Source of the DNA: Eledone cirrhosa | Lineage: Eukaryota | DNA length: 64,000 nt | Direction of reading: 5' to 3' | Assembly (NCBI GenBank): GCA_964016885.1 | Contig: OZ024742.1 | Span: 320,726,001 to 320,790,000, forward strand | Shown: piece after piece, positions 1 to 11,858 of the stretch | Position numbering within the stretch: the stretch's first letter is position 1 | Layout of the letters: every line of letters starts with the position of its first letter | Made by a program: the position numbers and the translations under genes | The notes under the pieces: generated by a model | The model's input: the letters and a program-made list of their open reading frames with translations, nothing else | Told to the model about the DNA's origin: nothing | Databases searched by the model: none

Positions 1-84
1 CACACAACAACGTCATTTTAGCAACTAGTGATGAACAGATAACCAGTACACTAACACGTCCTCATTTAAACTGATGTAACATTG

Positions 85-860
85 ACATCACCATTGCCAC
101 CACCCCTATCATTATCACCATATCCACCAACACCACCACCACCACCACCATCATCACCACCGCCAACACCACCACCACCACTACCAACAACATCATCATC
201 ATCATCATCACCATTCTACCGCCACCACTGCCACTACAACCCCACCACAACCACCGCCACCAACACCACCAACAACACCACCACCACCATCATCATCACC
301 AACACCACCACCACCACCACCACCAACAACAACAACAACGATAACAACAACACCATCATCATCATCATCATCATCACCACTCTACCACCACGACTGCAAC
401 CCCCTCCCCCACCACGACTGCAACCCCCTCCACCAACACCACCACATCCACCACCAACACCATCACCACCACCACCACTACAAACACCACCACAACCACC
501 ACAATCACCACCACCACCACCAACACCACCACATCCACCACCAACACCATCACCACCACCACCACTACAAACACCACCACAACCACCACAATCACCACCA
601 CCACCACCAACACCACCACATCCACCACCAACACCATCACCACCACCACCACTACAAACACCACCACAATCACCACAATCACCACCACCACCACCACCAC
701 AATCACCACCACCACCACCACCACCACAACCACAACCACCACAATCACCACCACCACCACCACCACCACAACCACAACCACCACAATCACCACCACCACC
801 ACCACCACAACCACAACCACCACAACCACAACCACCACTAACTTCACAGCCACCTCCTTC
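85..860. repeat. Degenerate (CCA/CAA/CAT)n trinucleotide repeat with ~81-bp higher-order units
   Basis: C/A-rich triplet repeats; the block ccaacaccaccacatccaccaccaacaccatcaccaccaccaccactacaaac occurs three times (~432, 520, 607). Confidence 0.9.
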
Positions 861-1014
861 AGTCAATCTGAACAACCAACGATGATCAGACACCAGTACT
901 AGGATGGATTACAGTCAGTTGATGCGAACATGGAATGAATAAAAACAGCAATCGACAGATGAGAAATGTTAAAATACAGATGAGAAGAGAAAATAAGCCG
1001 TGTAAGAATGGTTG

Positions 1015-1350
1015 CGTAGTTACTATGACCATCTCCCCCTTCCACGGTGGCAAACCCCTCGTCTGGGATGCCACTTGCAGCGACACTTTCTCCAGCTGCA
1101 ACCTGGTGCAGTCTGCGACTAAACCAGGTTCTGCTGCACGTCGGGCTGAGGAGGCCAAACTCTCCAAGTACCGATGGAGACTTCTGGTGTCCTTGGCCCT
1201 AGGGCTACCGCCCTACTCACCACCATATACGCTGAGCTAGCCAGCCGCAGGTGTGAGCCTCGCGAATTGGAATGGTTCTTGCAGCGCATCTCGCTTACCA
1301 TCCTCCGGGGAAATGCCTACTCTATTCTGTCCGCCGGGGCTGTGGGGAGG
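1015..1350 (+). pseudogene. CRE-like non-LTR retrotransposon, restriction-like endonuclease (RLE) C-terminal fragment, copy 1
   Basis: Translates to MTISPFHGGKPLVWDATCSDTF...ETSGVLGPRA...WFLQRISLTILRGN, the WD(A)T..DT / ETxG / QRIS..IxRGN motifs of CRE-type RLE domains; internal deletion/frameshift near 1172. Confidence 0.75.
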
Positions 1351-1494
1351 CCAGCACGTGGGACCCCATTTGCTCACCATACAGAGAGATGGGTAGGGTG
1401 AGAGAGATAGAGGCGATGACAGTGGGAGTTCAGCTCTTCCACGTTCGGACCATAACCTTGTGGTTGTGTTCATTACCCTAGTGCATTACTGGTG

Positions 1495-1716
1495 CTCTCC
1501 GACAGGTTTGCGGTCGTACCCTTAGCAGTGGAGACTTCTGGTGTCCTCGGCCCTAGGGCTACCTCCATACTCACCACCATAGGCACTGAGCTGGCCAGCC
1601 GCAGGTGTGAGCCTCGCGAGTTGGAATGGCTCTTCCAGCGCATCTCCTTTACCATCTTCCGGGGAAACACCTTCTCCATTCTGTCCGTCGGGGCTGTGGG
1701 GAGGCTATCAATATGA
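1495..1716 (+). pseudogene. CRE-like RLE C-terminal fragment, copy 2
   Basis: DRFAVVPLAVETSGVLGPRA...WLFQRISFTIFRGN; closely similar to 1175-1350. Confidence 0.75.
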
Positions 1717-1789
1717 TTACTTAACCCTTTCATTACCATATTCTTAATCCTTTACCTACATACAATCTGTCTATCTATCTATCTATCAT

Positions 1790-1987
1790 GTAGAGGACTT
1801 TTTATTGTTATATTATTATTGTTATTCCTTTTTTCTTTACTCGATTTATGTAAACTCCCCCACTGTGTAAATGTCCCCTTCTTTTGTGCCCTCGTGGCAA
1901 ATAAATAGAAATTTATCTATCATGTAAACTTCCCCCTTTGTATTTGTCCCCTTCTTTTGTGCCCCTGTGGCTAATAAAGAAACATAT

Positions 1988-2029
<42 letters not shown>
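1790..2029 (+). mobile_element. Two very short Tx1-family 3'-UTR ends in tandem, each ending in (TATC)n
   Basis: tgtaaactcccc...gtccccttcttttgtgccc..gtggc.aataaa at ~1849-1905 and ~1923-1980 match the 3' end of the Tx1 LINE. Confidence 0.8.
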
Positions 2030-2030
<1 letters not shown>

Positions 2031-2570
2031 CCGAGTCCATTGTCATGATCAAACCGCCACCCTCCTTCAAAAACGAAGGAGAGGCGGTTTTCCTTTGTGT
2101 GATAGCTATGGCGAAAGAGGTTGTATGGTGGACAAGGTTGAAAGGGCTGAGGTCAGACACCTTTCTCTCCGGCCAACAACTGATTCTTTTTTTCAAATAC
2201 CACTTTGGAAGAAGAATCAGGATGGAGAGAGAGGTGCTGTACCCCAGCAAGTTTTATGAAAGGTGGGTGAAAGTGGCGAGAATGGCCCGAGTGAATGGGC
2301 CTTCTCTCTATATCAGCCTGTAGGTTGAGGAAAAGGAGGAGGAGAGGAAAGGAGTACAAGCTCTTCGTACTCCTGGAGATGAGGGTTGCACATTTTTTTC
2401 GGGGGTCTGTGTTACCCATATAAACTGTCTCCCTCTATTGGGGAAAATCGACTAACTTTTAAATTCCATCTGTGATAACATTTTACACGTTTTTATTGTA
2501 TGTAAACTTCCCCCTTTGTATTTGTCCCCTTCTTTTGTGCCCCTGTGGCTAATAAAGAAATATATCTATC

Positions 2571-2668
<98 letters not shown>
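2030..2668 (+). mobile_element. 5'-truncated Tx1-type LINE (ORF2 C-terminus + 3' UTR + (TATC)n tail)
   Basis: TESIVMIKPPP...EVVWWTRLKGLRS...ARMARVNGPSLY is a diverged paralogue of the C-terminus of ORF 3318..5864; AATAAA followed by long (TATC)n. Confidence 0.9.
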
Positions 2669-2669
<1 letters not shown>

Positions 2670-2682
2670 TATAGTTATGTTA

Positions 2683-2876
2683 CAGACCTGTCAACTCTCC
2701 CCGTGAGGCGGGGAGATCTCCCACCCATTCTGGGGTGGATAAGAGATGTTTTCTCACGGGAAAATGGGTATAGCTTTCTTTATGTAAAGTCTCCCCATTT
2801 GGCCTCATTTCTCCCCGTTTTGGGGCATTTTTTTCATGGTATTCCTCGTTTGGGTTTTTAGAGGTTGGCAGGTATG
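2683..2876. mobile_element. Putative MITE (hAT-like termini)
   Basis: Imperfect TIR cagacctgtcaac / gttggcaggtatg; similar flanks (ttatgtta / tatagtta). Confidence 0.5.
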
Positions 2877-2919
2877 TATAGTTAAGGAGTTCTCTTCGCA
2901 AACACATGGTTTCGCCTTT

Positions 2920-3030
2920 AGCCCCACTGCTTGGCACTTTGGGCAAGTTCTTCTACTATAGTCACCGGTTAACCAATGCCTTGTGAGTGAAATTTGGTAG
3001 ACAGAAGCTATGTAGAAGCCTGTCGTAAAT
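2920..3030 (+). mobile_element. SINE 3' fragment ending in (GT)n
   Basis: ctttgggcaagt...aatgccttgtgagtgaaatttggtagac...agaagcctgtcgt followed by (GT)n, resembling cephalopod SINE tails. Confidence 0.45.
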
Positions 3031-3042
3031 ATTCGAGTATGC

Positions 3043-3084
<42 letters not shown>

Positions 3085-3085
<1 letters not shown>

Positions 3086-6000
3086 AGTGTGAGAAAGATA
3101 GATTTCTTTATTTACCATAAAGGCATAAAAAGAAGGGACAAATACAAAGGGGGAGTTTACATATAATCGAGTAAAAAGGGTGTAACATGAAAATAATCGA
3201 AAATAACCTCAAAAGGGAGGGGACGTGATGGGGGTTGCACACACCCCCGAAAAAGTGTGCAATCCTTTGCCCGGGGAGCACATGGAGAAGGTGCTCCCCT
3301 CTCCTTTACTTCTTTACCTACAGGATGGTATACAGAGAAGGCCCATTTACACGAGCCATTCTCGCCACTATCACCCACCTTTCATAAAACTGCCTGTGGC
3401 CAAGCACCTCTCTCTCCATTCTTATCCTTCTTCCGAAGTGATATCGGAAGAAGTAGACCAGACTATGGCCAGAGAGGAAGTTGCCTGACCTCAGACCTTT
3501 CAATCGTGTCCACCAAACAACCTCTTTCAACATGGCTATTACGCACAGAAAAACCGCCTTTGCTTCCTTTGTGAAGAGGGGAGGCGGTTTGATTGTCATC
3601 ACGGACTCGGTGGTCAATTTAATCGGCGCCACCCGCGACAGCAGTTGTTCGGCGTAGCCCCACAGATCAGCCACGCCCGGACATTGCACCAATGCGTGCG
3701 CAACGGTTTCTTCGTGACGCACGCATCTAGGGCAAATCTTTTTTGAGGGATCCCTGCCCGGGCGCCCGTGTCTGTAGAGCCTCTCTCGAACGGGTAGAGC
3801 CCCCCGGTAGCACTGCCAGGCCAGTGACTTCTGGAAGTTGTCCATTGGTCCTGGGCCGAAAGTCCTACCGAACAGGCTGGCCAGTTCGTCTTCTTCCATG
3901 TCCATCGACTCTCCAAGGGTGTCATCGTCCCTGCTAGCCACCAGCCCTCTATAGAATGATGAGGTGGATTCTCCACCGATGGCCTGGCCCGCTTGCCAGA
4001 GAGCCCTGAGCGCCTGAGCACACTCAGTGTGCCAGTCTCCCAGTTTTCCGGATCTTTGCTTGACCCAGGACTGTAGCTCGGTGAGCGAGACGAGTCTCGG
4101 AAAGGCTCGTTTCACGAACGGAGCCCACACCGGTTGACCAGTGAGGAATACCTGTAGGTGCCGTAGCCTTAATGCGTGCCTACGCATCATCAACCACGGC
4201 ATCCCCAGCCCTCCTTTCGAAGGTTGTTGGCAGCAGATGGATCTTCTCACCATAGGAGGACGCTTCTTCCAAAGAAATTGGAAGAGCATGCGTTCCATGG
4301 TGGTGAGTGTTTCCTTAGGGCAAGGCACGACAGTCAGGCGGTAGTAAGTGACGGACGCTATGTAAATGTTCGCCACCTCCGCCCGGCCTTTTAGGGACAG
4401 CTTACACTTGGCCCATTTCTGGGTTAGTGCAAACACCTTGTTCGTAACCTCGTTCCAGTTCTTTTCCACCTGGAGGTCCGGTCCAAACCAGACCCCAAGC
4501 AACTTTACCGGGCCCTCCGTCCAGTGTCCGACGACACCGTCAGGAGGCATCGGTCTGCCTCTCCACGTTCCGAGTTGCAGCCCGATGGATTTTTCCCGGT
4601 TCAGTTTCGCTCCTGACAACCTTTCGTACTCCTCCAGTAAGGTACCGATCGCCTCGATCTCCGAGTCGGTTGATACCATTACTGTTACGTCATCGGCGTA
4701 GGCCGACACCGCTTTGCTCAATCCTGGTTCCAGGGGGATACCCTGCAACATCTCCAACTTCCTCAGTGAAGTCTCGAGAGTCAATACGTACAGAAGGGAG
4801 GAGAGAGGGCACCCCTGTCGAATGGATCGTGTGATTTCGAACGGCTTCGAAAGGTAGCCGTTCACCTTGATCCTAGAACAGATGTGGTTGCTATGTAAGG
4901 CAGTGATCCAGCCTCTGAAAACAGGACCGAACCCAGCCGCCGCTAGCACCGCATCCAGGTAACCATGGTCGACCCTATCGAAGGCCTTAGACTGATCCAA
5001 GTTGATCAGGGCCCCACCGAAGCCGGGTTTGTTGCCAACCCTCTCTATGATGTATCGCATGAGGTGGAGGTTATCGTGAATGGACCTGGATGGGATAGCA
5101 CATGTCTGCGCATTTCCCACCAGGCCACCCACGACAAGCGCCAACCTCTTTGCTAACACCTTGGCCAAAATCTTTAACTCTGTGTTTAGCAGGGTTATTG
5201 GCCGAAAATTATTTATACTATCCCCCTTGTTCTCGTCCTTCCTCACCAGCGTGACTACGCCCTTGGCTACAGAACAAGGAATTCTCCCGTTCTGCTGCCA
5301 ATTGCAGTAGACCGCTTCGAGGAGTTCGGAGAAGAAGACCGGCATTGCTAAATAAAGTTCGTAAGGTATACCATCGAGACCTGGAGATTTGCGTCTGCTG
5401 CATTGGCTCAGCGCATCTCCGATCTCATCAGCCGAGATTGGTCCCTCGCAGGACTCTGCCTCTTCGCTCGAGAGACGCGGCAGGCCGTCGAGGTATGGAC
5501 CGAAATCCACGCCCCCGCCCGGACCCTCGCCTCCCCCGAACAATCGGGCAAAGTGCCTTTGAAAGGCCTCGCACATCTGCTTAGGCTCCCGGATCACCCG
5601 TCCATCTTCGTCTTGCAACGACCGGATGGTGGATCGATTTCCACTCTTAGCTTCTGTCACGCGGGCCCATCCAACGGCTTTGGCCCCCTCATTACTTAGA
5701 GCACGTATTTTACTTCGAATGACGCAGCCTTCGTGCTTTGCATCGAAAAACTGGTTCAAGGCCGTCCTCGATGCCAGCACTCTGGCCACATCTTCGCTCT
5801 TGATTGCCTCTTCTAATTTACCTGTTAATTCTTTCTCGTTTCTATTCCTATCGGCAGCTAACATCTTGCTATAACTTATTGATTCTGTTCTAATCTCTCT
5901 TTTGAGAGATGCCCACTATCGGTTGTTGACGATTGCACCCGTCAACCTCTCCTTAACTAATCTGCTAATCCGGTTTCTGTAAGTCTCTTTTGCCGGTAAG

Positions 6001-6658
6001 GACAAATTAAGTTTCCAGTAACCGGGACCCTGTCTATGTGTTTTCTCGAGATTGACCACGCAGGTCACTAATTTGTGATCCGTGTAGCCAACCGTGCGCA
6101 TTTCTGGACAGCTTAATATGTCCCTATCCTTACTTCTAACTAAGAATCTATCTAAGTACGATCTAGATTGACCACTGTGGTTTCTCCAATTCCAGGTAGG
6201 CACAGTTGGAAAATCTAGTCGATATCTATCGACCAAGTTAAAACGGTCGAGTAACCCCTTGAGGCTGTTACACCCCCTCTATTAGGACATGCTCCTGCAT
6301 AGTCCCAACGTGCATCCAGGATGTCATTCCAATCCCCCGCTAGAAGCAGGGAACGCGACGTTCCCAGAAAAGTCTCCAAACGCTGGAAGAAGTCGGGCCG
6401 TTCAGCTCCGAAAGGGGAGTAGACGGCGACCAGTCTCAAGGCCGCATTTTCACTACTGCCAACGTCTAGCACCAACAAACGACCCTCCGGGTCCGAGTGC
6501 ACAACCTGTACGGCAAGACCCAGGTGTTTTTGCAGCAGTACGACAACCCCACCCCCACCTCCAGGTTGACAGAGAGATGCATGCACCTCAAAGTCATCGA
6601 AGGTGGGGGCCAGCTGCCGCACGACGCTGATTCGAGTCCGAGTGTGAGAAAGATAGAT
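3085..6658 (-). mobile_element. 5'-truncated Tx1/L1-clade LINE with ~19-bp target-site duplication
   Basis: APE-RT-zinc-finger ORF2, 3' UTR with AATAAA, direct repeat gagtgtgagaaagatagat at 3085-3103 and 6640-6658. Confidence 0.95.
3318..6630 (-). pseudogene. Tx1-type ORF2 (AP endonuclease + reverse transcriptase + Cys-rich C-terminus), disrupted
   Basis: APE motifs AVYSP, AGDWN, SYLDRF, TDH, GPGYWKLN; RT motifs KSPGLDG, RPITLLN, DQSKAFDRV, RQGCPLS, AYADD; CPRC..ETVAHAL..C. One frameshift near 6236 and one in-frame TAG at 5916-5918 (NNR*WA); 848 aa uninterrupted from 5864. Confidence 0.95.
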
Positions 6659-6695
6659 AGATAGATAGATAGACAGAGAGAGAAAGAGAGAGAGA

Positions 6696-6767
<72 letters not shown>

Positions 6768-6772
<5 letters not shown>

Positions 6773-6882
6773 AGTACCAGACTTGAGAAAATATAAGCTA
6801 AACGCTGCGTGATTTGAACTCAGAACGTAAAGGGCCGTAGTTATATGCCGCAAAGCATGTTGTCCAACGTTCTACCGCCCTT
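6768..6882 (-). mobile_element. Meta-core tRNA-derived SINE (degenerate)
   Basis: gatttgaactcagaacgtaaagggccgta matches the head of the SINE copies at 23680, 31495 and 38060. Confidence 0.65.
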
Positions 6883-7146
6883 TAGTAACATACTAATGAA
6901 GAAATATAAAATACAGTCGAGGTTCAAAACAAGGGAAAAAACATTAATATTTTAATGAACAAAACAGGTCTACTTCAAATTTTCTTTTCAACTGCAAATT
7001 GTTTATAACTATAATTGGAAAAAATACATATACGAATACAAAATCAGCAAGTTTACCATCTAAGCAAGGCCGGCGCTACCATTAAAGCTAACTAGGTAGG
7101 TACCAAGAGCGCAGATCTCAGAGCGGCGCTTTACTGGACCTTAAAG

Positions 7147-7455
7147 CAGTGGTCTCCAACCGCTTTTATACCACGGACCGGCTTAATGCCGGACAATTTT
7201 TTCACGGCCCGGTAGTTGCACATATGTGTTATTTAAGTTCATTTCGATAAAGAGAGCAATAATAAAAAGAGCAATTTATTAAAGGGAAAAAAAAGTGTAT
7301 AATCTTGACTCTCATGTAAATCTTTTTAAATTAAAGTCCAATATACAATTTCCCTATTATATAATTTTAAACAAGTTAATTGTTTTCTTTGCGGCCCGGT
7401 AGCAAATGATCCACGGACCGGTACTGGTCCACGACCCAGTGGTTGGGGATCTTTG
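7147..7455. mobile_element. hAT-Charlie-like MITE with 8-bp TSD
   Basis: TIR cagtggtctccaacc / ggttggggatctttg; identical flanks ccttaaag at 7139-7146 and 7456-7463; subterminal ccacggaccgg repeats. Confidence 0.9.
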
Positions 7456-7977
7456 CCTTAAAGGATTACAGATTTATACACGTTTGTATAATTAAATAAA
7501 AAAATATATAATCATTTCCTGCGATCAATAAATAAATTGTTAAACATATTTATTGTGTAGCAGTGTTGTGGAAATATCCAAAGAGGTAGAGATGTGTTAC
7601 ATGGTTGGTGTGGCTGTATGTGGGCGGTATAGTGAAACATGAAGGATTAGTTATATTCTTAGTGCGGTCAGAGCAAAAGGTATCAACTAGGTTTGTCAAC
7701 TTAATAAACTGTTACTTGAAATCATTTTACTTGGGAGAATGAGGTCCACATTGTAGGATGCTAAATATCCAGGCGCCGGTTCTGCCCCTGAGTAGGAGAA
7801 ATTTAACCCCAAGTTAGGGATGGATTAAGGCAACGTTTTATATTTATTTGGATTCAGTAGATATATGTATATGCTGTTGTATGTGTGAATGTGCTTGTGT
7901 GTGTGTGTAATATACACAAACACACACACATATATATATTTATGATATAATATAAATGTCTAGTGCTGTTCATCATT

Positions 7978-8040
7978 GTGTGTATGTCACCTTGTGTATG
8001 TCACCTTGTGTATGTCACCTTGTGTATGTCACCTTGTGTC
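7978..8040. repeat. Short tandem repeat (tgtgtatgtcacct)n, ~4 copies
   Basis: Direct reading. Confidence 0.9.
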
Positions 8041-8120
8041 TGTCTCTATCTTCGTCTGGACTCGTCAGTTCTTCACACACACTCTCTATCTCTATATGTC
8101 GCTCTATACAATATTTGTCC

Positions 8121-8176
<56 letters not shown>

Positions 8177-8504
8177 TGAAATCATTCACAAACACAGAAA
8201 ATAGGTTTCTTTTGAAGGCTTGTTTGGACACCGAAAAGCATTAAAGGACACCGCATTTGATGTTTCTCTCTCTGTCCACTCTCTCTCTTTCTCTCTCTTT
8301 CTCCTTCTCTCTCTCTCACACACACACTCTCTGTCTTTCTCTCTCTTTCTCTCTCTGTATCTCACACACACATAGACTCTCTCTCTCCACCCCCTTCTCT
8401 CTCTCTTACCCATCTCTTTCTCTCACTTACTATTTATCAATGTGACCCTCTGTATATATTTATATACACCCGTACGCTTGGGTTTATAACTGTATAGGAC
8501 ATCA

Positions 8505-8809
8505 TATATCTATACTAACACACTTTTCTCCAAACGGCTGGACCAAACAGCACCAAATTTGCACCATAGATGTAACTTTTTCCAAGTAAGAAAGTGAGCG
8601 TATTTTTGTCTACTAAATTTTGTTAAAAGATTAAAGATATTATTTAAATATTCACTTCTTTAAAATTTTCAAATATCAACACTTCCGGTTATACGACATT
8701 CCTCTCTCTTAGCCTGTCTTTTTAGATAGATACATAGCTAAAACGTCACACCCTTATAATATGTCTCTGTATGTCTGGCTGTCTGCTTCTGTACATTGAC
8801 TTCGCTATC

Positions 8810-8812
<3 letters not shown>
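8505..8812 (+). mobile_element. Helitron-like non-autonomous element fragment, family 2
   Basis: Reverse-complement match to 16170-16517; shares the tagatagatacatagcta.aacgtc block with 13735-13840. Confidence 0.55.
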
Positions 8813-8842
<30 letters not shown>

Positions 8843-9302
8843 CACGATAAATTAATGGAGGCATAGGCCCTCGCTATTCCCTGTAAATAATGTGCTCAAA
8901 GGAGAAGAGATCCTGAGCTCTTTAAAATACAATATGTTGAAAAGGTAACACACCAGAGAGAGATATATAGTGCGTTATCAATAATACAGGGAAAAAACCT
9001 CTATAACTATATAGTTATAGAGGTATTTATTTACGCTTTAATTTATATTTTTAATTATCGTGTCTATAGTCTGCCTTTCATAGGTTATAGATTCCATACA
9101 CTGGTGGTTTTTCCCCTGTATTATTGATAACGCAATGTATGGTGTGTTACCTTTTCAACATATTGTATATATATATATGTAGGAGGTGAGTTTTATTGTA
9201 GTACAATAAAGCAATGCAGATATCGGATAAGTAGCACTCTACAGTTTGTAGGACTGGAGTATAAATAATATAAGATCAAAAGATGGTTAAAAGAGTTCCA
9301 TG

Positions 9303-9373
9303 TATTTTATTATGAGCATTTCAAAAACAAATATCATCATGAGATGACATTTGCGTTTTCGTCAGATAAAATA
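9303..9373 (-). ncRNA. Type I hammerhead ribozyme motif
   Basis: uauuuuau-CUGACGA-long stem II-GAAA-ugcuca-UA-auaaaaua. Confidence 0.75.
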
Positions 9374-10617
9374 GGGAGACATGATATGAAGGTTAAAAAA
9401 CACTTGTGAATAGTGCAGTTTTAAATCAACATATGAAAAGTAATTTAAGATTGATGTGTGATATTGGGAAAAAAAATGCGTGGGGGTTGGAAAGGATGAA
9501 AAAGAGGAGGAGATGAGAGTAAAGAATGGTGGTGGAGGAGTATAATAAGGAAGGATGAGATAGGAGGAGAAATGGGTGATAGAAAGAGAGAGAGATAGCC
9601 TTTATAACTAAGAAAAATATATTGTTTCACAAAGAGAGGTTAAAAAGCCGTTGGAAGATAATATATAATTTTAAAGAATTTGAAAATTGAAGAGAAAAAT
9701 TAATGAAGAGAAAAAAAATTAAGAATAATGTTAAATTAAGGTTTGTATATTGAAGGGTTTAATAATACGTGCGATGAAAAGAAATTGTTAATATGTATTA
9801 AGAATAATATTAAATTAAGGTTTGTATATTGAAGGGTTTAATAATATGTGCGATGAAAAGAAATTGTTAATATGTATGATTAAAATAAAGATATTAATGT
9901 TATTAAGGATATAATGTGAAAAGAAGTAGAAGAGTGGATGAATTATGAATTTAGAGGAATTAGTTAGTGTTTAAGTTTGTTTTTATGTAATGTAATATGT
10001 ATGCGTAATATATGTAAATAGTTTGTTTACAAATGAGCGCAGAAAGCAAAGAAGAAAATAGTGTTTAAGGAAGAGAAGACTCTAACATCAAAATATATGT
10101 TTATGAAGTATTTCCTAATGGTAATAATATAATGTAATAAAGGAGATTAGTTAGGGTTTAAGTTTGTTTTTATGTATTGTGATATGTAATATGTAAAAGT
10201 TAGACGAGTATGAAAGGGAGAAAAAAATATAATGAACTGAGGATGAATAATCTAACGTCAAAAAATGTTTATGTTTACGAAGGATTTTTAAAGGTAATAC
10301 TATAAAGTATTTAAAAGGTAATAATTAGTGTTATGGCCAATGATATGAAGGAAGAAGGAAGAGTGGATATATTGTGGTGAGTAATAATAAGAATTGAGAA
10401 GTATCTAGGAAGAAAAAGTACAGATTAGAGGTTAGAAATTAAAAGAAAAAAGGAAGAAAGGGAAGTGATAAATAGGAATGATATAGAATGAGTAACTAAT
10501 ATTATATAATGTATAATAAATAACATTGAAATAAGGTAGAAAGATGGGTATATTTTTAAAGAAATATATATATATGCCTTTGAGAAAAAGGATTTTAAAC
10601 TGGTAAAGTATTAGATA

Positions 10618-11050
10618 TTAGCTGTATACTTTATGGAATGTTCTGTGGAATTTATGCAAGCAGAGAGAAAATAAGTCAGCGCGTCTATTTATTATAGAAT
10701 CTAAATTAGATATAATGGTAAATTTCTCACATAAACAAAGATTACATGTTTTGGATAGAGAGGCATTCAAGTAGGGAGAGGCAGAACAAACTTTCCCCCA
10801 AGAGATGTTATAGTTAATATTTTTGTCTTTCAAGGACCATATGAGTTCTGAGAGTGCTGTGTTGGTTCTTTTAAGTTGGTATTTAAAAGAAGAATGGTGA
10901 TTATAAAGACGGGCTTTAAAGGAGGTGGAAGTGGAACCAAAATAGGTAAAGGAATTGGTGTCAGTTATAACTTTACATTCATAGATTAAGTTTTTTTCAA
11001 GACAATGGTTGTTGAGAGGACATTTATTTTTAACAGGGCAATTACAATTG
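10618..11050 (-). pseudogene. PLE GIY-YIG endonuclease domain
   Basis: CNCPVKNKCPLNNHCLEKNLIYEC...YFGST...FKARLYNHHSSF...TALSELIWSLKD...CNLCLCEK...CLHK. Confidence 0.85.
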
Positions 11051-11700
11051 CGATTAGAGAAATTAACAGAGTTATTAACAAGTCACCTAGTGTTATCTAT
11101 AGGAGGAATTGGATTGGAGAAGTTATTTACGATAGGAATAATAGTTTCCTGATTTAGATTGGTATTAATATCATTTAACGAAGTTACGTTTGACGTCGTA
11201 TTTTGGGTTTGCAGAAACTAGCCTAGAGTTAACAATGAAGTCGGGAGTACTACTGCTATTATTATGATATTCAGTGTTGGAAGGAAGTGATTTAGTATTT
11301 AGTATTTTATTGTTGTGTTTAGAGATAATGTTGGAGATGTTGGAGGAGGTGGAATAGGAAAATTTTATAGTATGTTTGTTAAATAATTTACTATAGATAT
11401 GAGAGGGAGGGAAGCATTTATTTAAGACACTAAAGAATAATTTAGGAATATTATTATTAATAGAGATGGAGAAAGGAGCATTATACCAGAATATATTTTT
11501 GTATCTAGGTCTTTTATTAAAGTTATACTCATCTCTCGTCCCATCTCACCCTTCCTTATTATACTCCTCCACCACCATTCTTTACTCTCATCTCCTCCTC
11601 TTTTTCATCCTTTCCAACCCTGCCTCATTTTTTTCAAAAATATCACACATCAATCTTAAATTATTCACAAGTGTTTTTTAACCTTCATATCATGTCTCCC

Positions 11701-11771
11701 TATTTTATCTGACGAAAACGCAAATGTTATCTCATGATGATATTTGTTTTTGAAATGCGCATGATAAAATA
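11701..11771 (+). ncRNA. Type I hammerhead motif (inverted copy; G at the cleavage position)
   Basis: uauuuuau-CUGACGA-stem II-GAAA-ugcgca-UG-auaaaaua. Confidence 0.7.
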
Positions 11772-11801
11772 CATGGAACTCTTTTAACCTTCTTTTGATC
11801 T

Positions 11802-11835
<34 letters not shown>

Positions 11836-11858
<23 letters not shown>

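Larger units (their letters stand above)
9265..11810 (-). mobile_element. Penelope-like element with inverted pseudo-LTRs
   Basis: GIY-YIG remnant; 9265-9595 is the reverse complement of 11525-11810; each arm has an HHR motif; flanked by (TA)n. Confidence 0.85.

Noticed and set aside
62-893. Pro-rich (+) and Gly/Cys-rich (-) ORFs resembling extensin or keratin-associated proteins
   Set aside because: Derived from a (CCA)n microsatellite open in several frames; no signal peptide or splice evidence
3614-5874. Antisense and alternate-frame ORFs overlapping the Tx1 ORF2
   Set aside because: By-products of GC-rich coding sequence with no motifs
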